A program made the position numbers and the translations under genes. A DNA stretch of 17,581 nucleotides, taken from the NCBI GenBank assembly GCA_041489155.1, contig JBGPQP010000017.1, forward strand, positions 1 through 17,581. The letters run 5' to 3'. This DNA comes from Candidatus Aenigmatarchaeota archaeon. Its GTDB lineage: Archaea > Aenigmatarchaeota > Aenigmatarchaeia > QMZP01 > QMZT01. Of this stretch, positions 1 to 7,245 are shown one piece after another. Positions within the stretch are counted from its first letter, which is position 1. Each line of letters opens with the position of its first letter. Under the pieces are notes generated by a model. That model was not told the origin of the DNA and made no database searches. It saw only the letters and a program-made list of their open reading frames with translations.

Positions 1-65
1 AACTTGTTCAGTGGTTTTACCGGACGTTTTTCAGGCGTATGCTTATCCGTAGATTTTACACCCAT
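1..65 (-). CDS. 5' start of a hypothetical gene running off the left edge (MGVKSTDKHTPEKRPVKPLNK...)
   Basis: ATG at 65 on the minus strand, preceded by purine-rich GAGGGAGTG and AT-rich TATA-like elements in 83-126. The frame is open to the window edge but only 21 codons are visible. Confidence 0.45.
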   Translation of the reverse strand, partial: MGVKSTDKHTPEKRPVKPLNK

Positions 66-137
66 AGACACTCCCTCTGCGTTTAAACCCTCTTATAATA
101 GATTATATGCGTCAAATTATTTAAATCTCTATTGAGC

Positions 138-2450
138 TTAGACTCTCTGAACCCTTATATTACTCATGCCTCCGCTTCTGCCAAGGTTCTCGATGATCAG
201 CGTGTTGTAGCCTCTGCCAATCCCAAGCGTTCTGTTCAGATTGATGTTCTGATACTGGAGCACTGTCTTCAGCCTTGACTTCGTGCCGAGGCCGAAGCCG
301 AAACTGGGCTCGGGATAGGTAAGGAATTCACCCCTTTCAATGAGACCAAGCCTGTTGTTGACAGTCACCCAGCTGCCCCTCGAAAAAACAACGAAAACCA
401 TCGAGTTCGCAAACCTCTGCTCCGTGCCGATGCTGAAAATGCTCGAGCCTTTTTCAGTTATGAGGGAAAGGGGATTCGATGACGAGGAGACGACGGCCTT
501 AAGCGCATCGCCGGAGTATGATGCGATGTAGTAATGCTCCGGCGTGTAGTATTTGCCGGTCATGAGCTGCGAAAACGTAATTTCTCCCAAAGCCGGATAC
601 GGTACGTAAATCGCGTCCGAAGTGCTGTTAAGCACGAGCTTTACCTGTATGGTCAGGGTATATATGGCTATCTTCTTCCAGGCGTAGCCCTTTATGTCGT
701 AGGCGTCAGCTGCGGTGATGTTTATGGACCAGAGACCGTCCGCGTTGCTGGGTATGGTATAATTGTATTCATATGCATAGCCGTTCTCTATCTCGGAAAT
801 GTTGGTCATGAGGGCGTTATCGACCATCGTGGAACCGAGATTGTTCGTTATTATGACGGTCGCGTTGCTAAGGTACGATCTCCCGAGGCTCGTGTTAACA
901 AAGGCTCTTATCCTGACAATCCTTCCAGGCTTGAAGCTTTCCTTCTCGGAAAGACCGAGATCGTAGGTTTTCATCTCCACCTGCGGGGCGCCTATTTCTT
1001 CAAGGTAAAGCGCAAGATAAACATTGCCTGTAAGATTGACAGAAGTGCTGTTTGATACGAAACCCGGCCTTGTGGCGTTGACCGTATAGTTTGAATAATA
1101 GTTTTTGCCTGAAGAAGTCTGGTTGTATTCTGTCAGAGATCGCCTCGCTAGATAACCACTTGAGTTGGTCAGGCCGTTGAACTGGATCGAGCCAAAACTG
1201 TTCAGTATGGTGACATTGGCGTTTTCTATCGCAGTCCCGCCGGTCTCATTCAGAATCCTGACATCCAGATGCCACCTGATCCATATGATTGCGCTGCTGC
1301 CAACGTAAACGCTTGCGTCTGCGAAACTCACGTTGGCCAGATAATTGCTCGTCTGGCTGGTGGAAGTGGCATAGACGTCATTGGTTGTCGAATTGGTTGC
1401 ATTGAAATCAGTGAAATAATTGTTGTTTGCATCGTAAACCCTGATGCCCTGGTCATTTTCAACGGCTTTGCAGCCCGTGAAATTGTTGTTGTCCGAAAGC
1501 TGGAGAATGGCCCCGTATATCAGGTTCCCGTTCAGGTTGCAGTTATAAACTGAGTTGTTGAAAGAGGATTCGAGGTACATGCCGTTCCTGTCGTTTTTAT
1601 TGGCGCTTGTGCCGTAAAAAGAGTTCGAAGAAGAGGAATAGACGTAGAAGCCATGATAATCATTCAGCGAGCTGTTCACGCTGTAGAACCTGTTTTTGTC
1701 CGAGCCCTGGTAAAGATAGACACCGGACAGGTTGTTCAGCCTGAAGGTCGTGTTCTGGATTACATTTTCATCCGAAGAGTAGAAGGCCAGCCCATATTTT
1801 ACGTTTGAGTATACGGTGCAATTGGATATGGTGTTGTTGTTAGTGGAGGAAAAGTTTATGCCCGTCACGTTGTTGTAGTACAGGTTCAGCTGCGTGAAAT
1901 TGTTATTTGCTCCCGAGTCCACATATATGCCGTTGTAATCATTGTACGAAATGTCGCTGCGCTCTACGACGTTAGAATAAGAAGATGACACTATTTCAAC
2001 CCCGTTCCTGCGGTTGTCTTTCAGGGTGCAGTTTGAAACATTGTTGCTGCTGCTCATCATCATGTAAACCCCGCGGTTGTTCGAGACTGACGTCGTATTG
2101 TAGACAAGGCCGTTCCCGGTATTGTAAATGTAGACCCCGAACCACCAGTCGCTTGCATTGCAGTTTTTTATCGTCACGTTATTCCTGTTGTCTGCACGGA
2201 TGCCATAGGTGCTGCTGGTGTAGACCCCGTCAACCCTGTGGCCTGCGCAGTCTAGCGTCGCATTGTCAGCTGTGAAGCTGATGCATGTCGTGTTGGAGCT
2301 GTTGATTATGTCCTGGGTCAGAACATAGGTCTCGCCTGCCGTGCCCAGCACGGAGCAGTTGTCTATGTTCGTCGCGGCAGACGCGCTTCCTGCGCCTAAC
2401 AGCAAAAAGATCACCATAAGCGGAGTTATTGCCACCCATCTTCCCAGCAT
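138..2450 (-). CDS. Secreted right-handed parallel beta-helix (NosD/CASH/pectin-lyase-like repeat) surface glycoprotein with Ig-like and unknown C-terminal domains
   Basis: 770-aa ORF. Signal peptide ends ASA-A. An N-terminal C...YVLTQDI...CI...LDCAGH cap is followed by many Asn-rich GxYxxSSxNNxxxNxxxxxN turns. Then an ANVTI...GLTNSSG...YTVNATRPGF beta-sandwich and an ESFKPG...VRIRA Ig-like domain. Many NxS/T sequons. Confidence 0.85.
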   Translation of the reverse strand: MLGRWVAITPLMVIFLLLGAGSASAATNIDNCSVLGTAGETYVLTQDIINSSNTTCISFTADNATLDCAGHRVDGVYTSSTYGIRADNRNNVTIKNCNASDWWFGVYIYNTGNGLVYNTTSVSNNRGVYMMMSSSNNVSNCTLKDNRRNGVEIVSSSYSNVVERSDISYNDYNGIYVDSGANNNFTQLNLYYNNVTGINFSSTNNNTISNCTVYSNVKYGLAFYSSDENVIQNTTFRLNNLSGVYLYQGSDKNRFYSVNSSLNDYHGFYVYSSSSNSFYGTSANKNDRNGMYLESSFNNSVYNCNLNGNLIYGAILQLSDNNNFTGCKAVENDQGIRVYDANNNYFTDFNATNSTTNDVYATSTSQTSNYLANVSFADASVYVGSSAIIWIRWHLDVRILNETGGTAIENANVTILNSFGSIQFNGLTNSSGYLARRSLTEYNQTSSGKNYYSNYTVNATRPGFVSNSTSVNLTGNVYLALYLEEIGAPQVEMKTYDLGLSEKESFKPGRIVRIRAFVNTSLGRSYLSNATVIITNNLGSTMVDNALMTNISEIENGYAYEYNYTIPSNADGLWSINITAADAYDIKGYAWKKIAIYTLTIQVKLVLNSTSDAIYVPYPALGEITFSQLMTGKYYTPEHYYIASYSGDALKAVVSSSSNPLSLITEKGSSIFSIGTEQRFANSMVFVVFSRGSWVTVNNRLGLIERGEFLTYPEPSFGFGLGTKSRLKTVLQYQNINLNRTLGIGRGYNTLIIENLGRSGGMSNIRVQRV

Positions 2451-2470
2451 ATTTTATAATTGTCCGGGGC

Positions 2471-2496
2471 CCAATAAAAACAGAATACAATTTAAA
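2471..2496. promoter_or_regulatory. Divergent archaeal TATA-box promoters, probably leaderless
   Basis: TTTAAA at 2491-2496 lies about 23-28 nt before the ATG at 2519. TTTTTATT on the minus strand (2480-2473) lies about 23-30 nt before the ATG at 2450. Confidence 0.5.
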
Positions 2497-2518
2497 GTTT
2501 CCCGCCAAAAACAAATTG

Positions 2519-2959
2519 ATGGACAGCAGAATTTTCGTCTTGCCTTTGGCCAGCATTGCGATAGTCCTTTTTCTGCTGATGAGACCCGATATCACTGGCT
2601 TCATCGTGGCAGGCGGCCCTCTACAGGAGAGCGAGATATCAGCGAAGATCGCCGTGACCATAAGCGAGGATGGTTTCGTCCCTGAAGATGCCATTGTTAC
2701 AGTATATTTGGATGAAAACAAGGCCTCCATGAAATTCAGCGATTTTGTTTTCAAGACAGGCTCGGCCTTCAACCGCATAAGGGAATATATGCCCAAAATA
2801 AACTACGACGGCTACGGCTATGGCGGCCCTTACGCGTACACGCTGGACATTTCCGCCTTCGGTCTTGGCACAACGGTCGGGCCGGGCGAGCACGAGTTGA
2901 TTATCGAAGTCAGCTACGAAGATTTCGTCTCACGCAGCTCGCAGAAAATAACCACATAG
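2519..2959 (+). CDS. Hypothetical membrane-anchored protein (N-terminal TM helix followed by ITGFIV motif and a beta-rich extracellular domain)
   Basis: Start moved from the ORF track's 2429 to the ATG at 2519 (146 aa). This removes the overlap with the divergent gene and puts the hydrophobic stretch IFVLPLASIAIVLFLLM at the N-terminus. Confidence 0.75.
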   Translation: MDSRIFVLPLASIAIVLFLLMRPDITGFIVAGGPLQESEISAKIAVTISEDGFVPEDAIVTVYLDENKASMKFSDFVFKTGSAFNRIREYMPKINYDGYGYGGPYAYTLDISAFGLGTTVGPGEHELIIEVSYEDFVSRSSQKITT

Positions 2960-2974
2960 CGGACTGGTCCCGAT

Positions 2975-4204
2975 TTACTGTTTCTTTCTTCTCCTGAAGT
3001 AGAAGAACCAGCCCGCGTTTATCATCACGAGAATGAGCACCAGAGGAACGAGAATATCCGCTCCCGGCCCTGCCCCGCCTTTCGTTGTTATCGCCCTCGC
3101 GGTCATGCCCACGATTTCAGTCTCTATGCTCTCGAGCTCGACCTGCGTCTTGAGCAGTTTCTCGGAGGTCTTGCCTGCGTAATGGAGGATGAGCTTCGCA
3201 TCATACGTCCCCTTCTCGACACCTTCGGTGTCCCAGTAGGCGTAGAGCGTCGCCCGCTGCAGGGGCTCGACGTCGACGGACGCCGATTTGAAGCTTGCTA
3301 CCTGATCGCCTTTCTGGCTGCTGATGACCATCTCGCCGAAGACGTTGTCAATCCTCTGATTCCACTTGTTCTCGATGTTTATCTCGAATTTCGCTATGCC
3401 GCCTAGTACGAAGTTCCTTACCTTGACGTCGAGGACTTCTATCCTCATGGCTCCGACCACAAAGTTCTTCTCTATCTTTGCGGTCTTGCCGTCGTAGTTC
3501 ACGCTTACGACGGCGCGGTAGGTTCCTGGGTTGACGTTCGCCTCCCAAGGTATCGTTATTTCCCCGCTTTTCTTGGATTCTATCGCTATCGTTTCGCTTT
3601 CGACGGAGGCGATTTTATCGTTCGTCGGCCCGAGGATGTCGACGGTGGCGAAGGCCTTGTATATGTTTTCAGTGCCAAGGTTGAAGACCTTGACGAAGAA
3701 CGTCGCCGTGGTGTTAGGCTCGACCTCGTTTATGGCCAGGTCGAGCTCTGCGTATTTGCCGGGATAAGGGACCTTGACCCTCAGCTGATGGGCCACTGCA
3801 GTGGTCGCCATGACTATCTGCCCTGCCTCGTTCCCCGCCTCGGGCAGTTCCATCACGACCAGTTTCGCCCAGTTGTCCCCGGGGGTTTCCAGTTTTTCCG
3901 GAAGCCTGAACCTGTATGTGAAAGGCTTTGACTCGTCGGTCTCCTTGAACTCGATTATGTTTTTCTCGGCCGTTATGTAATCCTTGAGGTCGCCTTCCGC
4001 GTAAACGAAGGCCTTGAAATCCTTGTGCTCGTTGTTGATTATCGTAAAGGTAATGCTTTTTTCAAGGTTCGGCTCGAAATCTATCGTGGTTCTGCCCGGC
4101 GTCAAGCCGATCGCCTTCGCGCTTGCAGCGCCCAGACTGAACATTACCAAAACTGCCGTTGCCAAGATCAGCGTTTTACGCCTGCTCTGCCATGACATTT
4201 TCAT
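2975..4204 (-). CDS. Secreted multi-Ig-domain protein with C-terminal membrane anchor (PapD-N/DUF916-DUF3324-like architecture)
   Basis: 409 aa, with an alternative start at 4198. Signal peptide ends AKA and the mature protein begins IGLTPGRTTIDF. Two further CARDB/Ig-like domains (W...PGTYRAVVSVNY; WDT...KGTYDAKLILHY), then a C-terminal TM helix and RRRKKQ tail. Confidence 0.8.
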   Translation of the reverse strand: MKMSWQSRRKTLILATAVLVMFSLGAASAKAIGLTPGRTTIDFEPNLEKSITFTIINNEHKDFKAFVYAEGDLKDYITAEKNIIEFKETDESKPFTYRFRLPEKLETPGDNWAKLVVMELPEAGNEAGQIVMATTAVAHQLRVKVPYPGKYAELDLAINEVEPNTTATFFVKVFNLGTENIYKAFATVDILGPTNDKIASVESETIAIESKKSGEITIPWEANVNPGTYRAVVSVNYDGKTAKIEKNFVVGAMRIEVLDVKVRNFVLGGIAKFEINIENKWNQRIDNVFGEMVISSQKGDQVASFKSASVDVEPLQRATLYAYWDTEGVEKGTYDAKLILHYAGKTSEKLLKTQVELESIETEIVGMTARAITTKGGAGPGADILVPLVLILVMINAGWFFYFRRRKKQ

Positions 4205-4667
4205 TCCCTTCGATTTCGAAGCTCTCGTTTATGCCCAGTATGAATAGGCCTGTTATCCCCCCTCCCAGGCCACTGACTTTGAGCTCTGTGTTGCCCTCGT
4301 TCTTTATATCGTTCTCGGTTCTCGAGAGCACGACGCTCGAGCCCAGCGTGAACTTAGCCGCGCCGCTGGAGAAGGGGCCGGATTCGACTTTCCAGTAATA
4401 CGTCCCGAAATCCATGTCGCTTTCCGGCACGTAGGAGTTTCCGGTCATCCTAACTGCGATTGGCGTTTTGAATTTCGAATTGTCGTCGAGGTAAAGCGTG
4501 TATTCTCCCTGCATCCCGCCCCATGCAAATGACGGCCTCCTGTCGGTCATGTATGCCTTGTTGCCTGGTGAAATCAGGGGTATGGTGAGGAGATTAAGCA
4601 GCAGATAGGAAAGCATGACTATGACAAACAAATTCGCAATAATTACGGTTATCTTGCCTTTATTCAT
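4176..4667 (-). CDS. Membrane-anchored protein with one FN3/Ig-like domain
   Basis: 163 aa. N-terminal TM helix, then LISPGN...PSFAW...Y.LYLDDN..F...GTYYWKV. This FN3-like pattern is also present in the upstream 522-aa protein (LTSPEN...PTFDW...YYNWSV). Overlaps the start of the next gene. Confidence 0.8.
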   Translation of the reverse strand: MNKGKITVIIANLFVIVMLSYLLLNLLTIPLISPGNKAYMTDRRPSFAWGGMQGEYTLYLDDNSKFKTPIAVRMTGNSYVPESDMDFGTYYWKVESGPFSSGAAKFTLGSSVVLSRTENDIKNEGNTELKVSGLGGGITGLFILGINESFEIEGNENVMAEQA

Positions 4668-4671
4668 TTTT

Positions 4672-6240
4672 TCACCTGTGGTACTCCCCGGTAAACACCA
4701 GCGTTGAATTCTTGGAGCCGGGAGGCTCGTCCCCCGGGACCGTTATGCCTATGTCAACTTCGAAAGAGCTGTTGCCGGCAGTGTAGTTGAGGTTGTCAAC
4801 AAACGTCGTGTTGGTTTGCGGGACACTCTCCCAGTCGGTCTGGGAGCCGCTCCAGTTGAAGGCGCCCGCTTCGTCGGAAAGCCAGTCGACCTTGTACTGG
4901 AAATACGAGGATGGCGTTGATACAAAGTCCCACAAAAGGTCGCTCGCGGATATGTTCACGTCGATCATGCAATTGCTTGTGCTCTGTACAGAGAAAGGAT
5001 AGGGGTTGTTGTCGCTGGTGTTGTCGGAATAGCTAGGCGGCCTGTTTTCCCCGAAGTCAACAGTGTCGTTGAGCATGATAATCGAGATGTTCGTGTCTAT
5101 GATAAGCTTCCATATGTCGCTCCATATGCCGTATTCATAACCGTCGCCAGCCCGCACAGACCAGTTGTAGTAGCTGTTGTCGTCGCCGAAGTATTTCAGC
5201 TCCGTGGTCGGCGTGTAGGAATTTGTCATTATATCAGTGACATATCTGTTGTCGTCAGACATGCATGTTCCAAAACAGGTTATGTTTATCGTGTAGTTCA
5301 GCGTGTCGCTGTCTGCGTCGCTCGGAACTTCCCAGTCGAACGTGGGTGTGTGGTCGGTGGTGTGCGACTCATTCTCGGGCGATGTTAGCACGACCTTTTC
5401 CGGCTCGTCGTTCTCCCTGAAGGTGCGCAGGGACTCGTTGGCCATGTTGTTCACGGAGTCGTTGGCGTAAACCTTGAAAGTGTACGTCGTCCCGTCCGTC
5501 GTAGCCTTCGTCGCGTCGCAGGTCACGCTGCTGCCCGTCCCCCTCATGGTCATCGTCTCATTGACACCGTTCCACTCCAGAATGCAGGTATCCACGCTTA
5601 CCCCGGAGTCTGACGTGACGGTGACGTTAATGGTCTCGCTGTTAGAGGTGCGGCGTGTATCGTCGTCCGGCGTCGGGTTTACGTAAGTAATGATCAGGTC
5701 GGATATGACCCCGCAGCATATTTTCCTCCTGTATTCCGTGCAGGGTCCCAGGTGGGCGTCGGTATCGTTGTTTTCAGATGGATAGGCAGAAGCCATTGAG
5801 GCGAAGCATTCCCTGTTCGCAGGGCAGGCGTCGTCGACGTATGTGCAGTTGACGTAGCCTGGCACCCCGCTGAGACAGGCGCTTATGCCGTAAACTATCG
5901 CTCCCGAGTAGTCTCCGCGCTGCACGTGCGTGTTCGTGGTTGCATTTAGCTTGACAACAATCCCCTCGCCGCAGTTGTAGGAAAGCGTGGAGTTCGAATC
6001 GCAGCATATGGTGTAAGGATATGTTGCCTCTGAAACGTTCTCAGCGTGGGCGTTATAATAGCCTCCGGTGTCGTTTTTCAGATACAAAACTTTGGTGTAG
6101 GAGCAGCTGCCGCTCGCTGTTATGCTGCAGCTGAAATTGCCTGCTGCCGAGACGATGTATGCCGGGGAGAAGAGCATGAACATGATGAAAACGGCGGCAG
6201 CTAACAAAAGCACACCAGTGACCGAAGAGCTTTTCATCAT
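4672..6240 (-). CDS. Secreted multidomain surface protein: Cys-rich N-domain, Ig and FN3 domains, C-terminal WxL/fimbrial-like beta-sandwich
   Basis: 522 aa. Signal peptide, then a Cys-rich region (NAHAE...YTICC...AHLGPC...KICC), Ig/FN3 domains (YTFKVYANDS; YYNWSVRAGDG), and a C-terminal domain running from VDFG to ITVPGDEPPGSKNSTLVFTG. Confidence 0.8.
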   Translation of the reverse strand: MMKSSSVTGVLLLAAAVFIMFMLFSPAYIVSAAGNFSCSITASGSCSYTKVLYLKNDTGGYYNAHAENVSEATYPYTICCDSNSTLSYNCGEGIVVKLNATTNTHVQRGDYSGAIVYGISACLSGVPGYVNCTYVDDACPANRECFASMASAYPSENNDTDAHLGPCTEYRRKICCGVISDLIITYVNPTPDDDTRRTSNSETINVTVTSDSGVSVDTCILEWNGVNETMTMRGTGSSVTCDATKATTDGTTYTFKVYANDSVNNMANESLRTFRENDEPEKVVLTSPENESHTTDHTPTFDWEVPSDADSDTLNYTINITCFGTCMSDDNRYVTDIMTNSYTPTTELKYFGDDNSYYNWSVRAGDGYEYGIWSDIWKLIIDTNISIIMLNDTVDFGENRPPSYSDNTSDNNPYPFSVQSTSNCMIDVNISASDLLWDFVSTPSSYFQYKVDWLSDEAGAFNWSGSQTDWESVPQTNTTFVDNLNYTAGNSSFEVDIGITVPGDEPPGSKNSTLVFTGEYHR

Positions 6241-6242
6241 GC

Positions 6243-6479
6243 TTATACCATTTTAATTTTTTCCAGGCTTGGCCCATTCTCCAAGTAATAGAGCTTCGCC
6301 TTTCCCACATCCCTGCGTTTGACAGTGCCTTTGGCTTCAAGAATGGCGAGATATTTCGACGTCGTCGCGCGGTGGGCGTTGATTTTCCTGGAAATCTCGC
6401 TTATCGTAAGCGACGTTTCAGCCCTTTTCAGAACTTCGATTATCGCGTTTTCGATGTCTATCGCCCAACCCAGCGACAT
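6243..6479 (-). CDS. Small winged helix-turn-helix transcriptional regulator (paralogue 1)
   Basis: 78 aa with LTISEISRKINAHRATTSKYLAILEAKGTVKRRDVGKAKLYYL, a classic archaeal wHTH with beta-hairpin wing. Manual alignment gives 36/58 identical core residues with the gene at 12309-12569. The stop is 2 nt from the next ATG. Confidence 0.9.
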   Translation of the reverse strand: MSLGWAIDIENAIIEVLKRAETSLTISEISRKINAHRATTSKYLAILEAKGTVKRRDVGKAKLYYLENGPSLEKIKMV

Positions 6480-6511
6480 TGATGCTGAACATCAATGACT
6501 AACATTAATTA
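6476..6511. promoter_or_regulatory. Putative HTH operator array: three ACATYRATGT-like boxes at 13-bp period
   Basis: ACATTGATGC (6476), ACATCAATGA (6489) and ACATTAATTA (6502). Includes a perfect inverted repeat CATTGATG-n5-CATCAATG (6477-6497) overlapping the HTH start codon. The same motif lies upstream of the paralogous HTH. Confidence 0.75.
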
Positions 6512-6520
6512 TTTGGTCCA

Positions 6521-6545
6521 GCCTGAATATAAAATTATTTCAGGC
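6521..6545 (-). promoter_or_regulatory. TATA box (TTTTATA on minus strand) enclosed in a 7-bp inverted repeat
   Basis: GCCTGAA (6521-6527) and TTCAGGC (6539-6545) flank TATAAAA (6528-6534), 12 nt downstream of the upstream gene's stop. Confidence 0.55.
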
Positions 6546-6557
6546 GTCTTCGCAGCA

Positions 6558-7151
6558 TCACGTGCAGCCAGTCAGGGCCTCTATCCATGCCCTTTCCCTG
6601 ACGCCAGTGTAGTTCATGCGGTTGTAAAGGATGGTCGGAATCTCCTGTACGCCTATCTGCTGGCAGGCCTGCAGGTTCGCGCCAACGCAGTCGACGTAGA
6701 CCTTATTGGCATAGTTGCCGATTATCAGCAGCTGCTGCAGCGTGTTGGGCTCGCTCTTCTGGCCGAGAACGAGGAAGTTTTTCGCTTTCAGGCATTCGGA
6801 GAAATTCTTTTCTTTGTCCAACCTCTCCATGAAACCAGAAACTTCAATGATGTTACCTGATTCTGAAAAGAATCTGCCGTCCTTCGTGGCATATACCTCC
6901 CTCAGCACGTCGCCGCCCTGGATTTTCAGCCTGAGCAGCAGTCTGTAAAGGGAGCCTTCGTCATGCGTTGACAGCACTTCGACGTCGCTTTCTGTCAGCA
7001 GTTCGTAAACGCTTTTCACGCTGTCCAAAACCTGTTTCTGAGATTCTGATGTGATGGTATTCTGCAAGAGCGTAAATGCCAATATAACGATCAGAATCAG
7101 GATGATACCGATGTAAATCAGATCTCTTTTTTCAGGTTTTTTAGCGGCCAT
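6558..7151 (-). CDS. Membrane-anchored thioredoxin-fold protein with DsbC-N-like domain, lacking the redox CxxC motif
   Basis: 197 aa. N-terminal TM helix and an EGSLYRL...VYATKDGRFF DsbC-N-like segment. The pattern FSECL...YVDC...C..IGVQEIPT...YTG...LTGC matches VKOR-associated-type thioredoxin domains, but EPNT (6741-6752) occupies the CPHC position. Confidence 0.7.
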   Translation of the reverse strand: MAAKKPEKRDLIYIGIILILIVILAFTLLQNTITSESQKQVLDSVKSVYELLTESDVEVLSTHDEGSLYRLLLRLKIQGGDVLREVYATKDGRFFSESGNIIEVSGFMERLDKEKNFSECLKAKNFLVLGQKSEPNTLQQLLIIGNYANKVYVDCVGANLQACQQIGVQEIPTILYNRMNYTGVRERAWIEALTGCT

Positions 7152-7171
7152 ACAATAAAAATGAAAGCAGA

Positions 7172-7180
7172 ATATAAAAA
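7172..7180 (-). promoter_or_regulatory. TATA box for a leaderless transcript of the thioredoxin-fold gene
   Basis: TTTTTATAT on the minus strand, 21-29 nt upstream of the ATG at 7151. Confidence 0.6.
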
Positions 7181-7197
7181 CTTATTCTCAAGAACAG

Positions 7198-7245
7198 AAA
7201 AAAACAAAATGAAAAGAAAAAAGGAGGGTTGTGGGCTTCACCCTC
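7198..7245 (-). terminator. Probable terminator after the fibre gene (short stem plus oligo-T tracts)
   Basis: A GAGGGT/ACCCTC inverted repeat (7224-7229 and 7240-7245) is followed on the minus strand by CTTTTTTCTTTTCATTTTGTTTTTTT, directly after the TGA stop. Confidence 0.6.

Noticed and set aside
2429..2518. Longer N-terminus for the plus-strand gene given in the ORF track
   Set aside because: It would overlap the divergent gene and span the TATA region. The ATG at 2519 gives a normal N-terminal TM helix.
2961..2970. GGAC-TG-GTCC mini-hairpin between convergent genes as a terminator
   Set aside because: A 4-bp stem with a 2-nt loop is too weak to support a call.
340..6340. Short alternative-frame ORFs within the large minus-strand genes (e.g. 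534-1055, 2266-2796, 6053-6340)
   Set aside because: They have no recognisable motifs and are explained by codon bias of the overlapping real genes.
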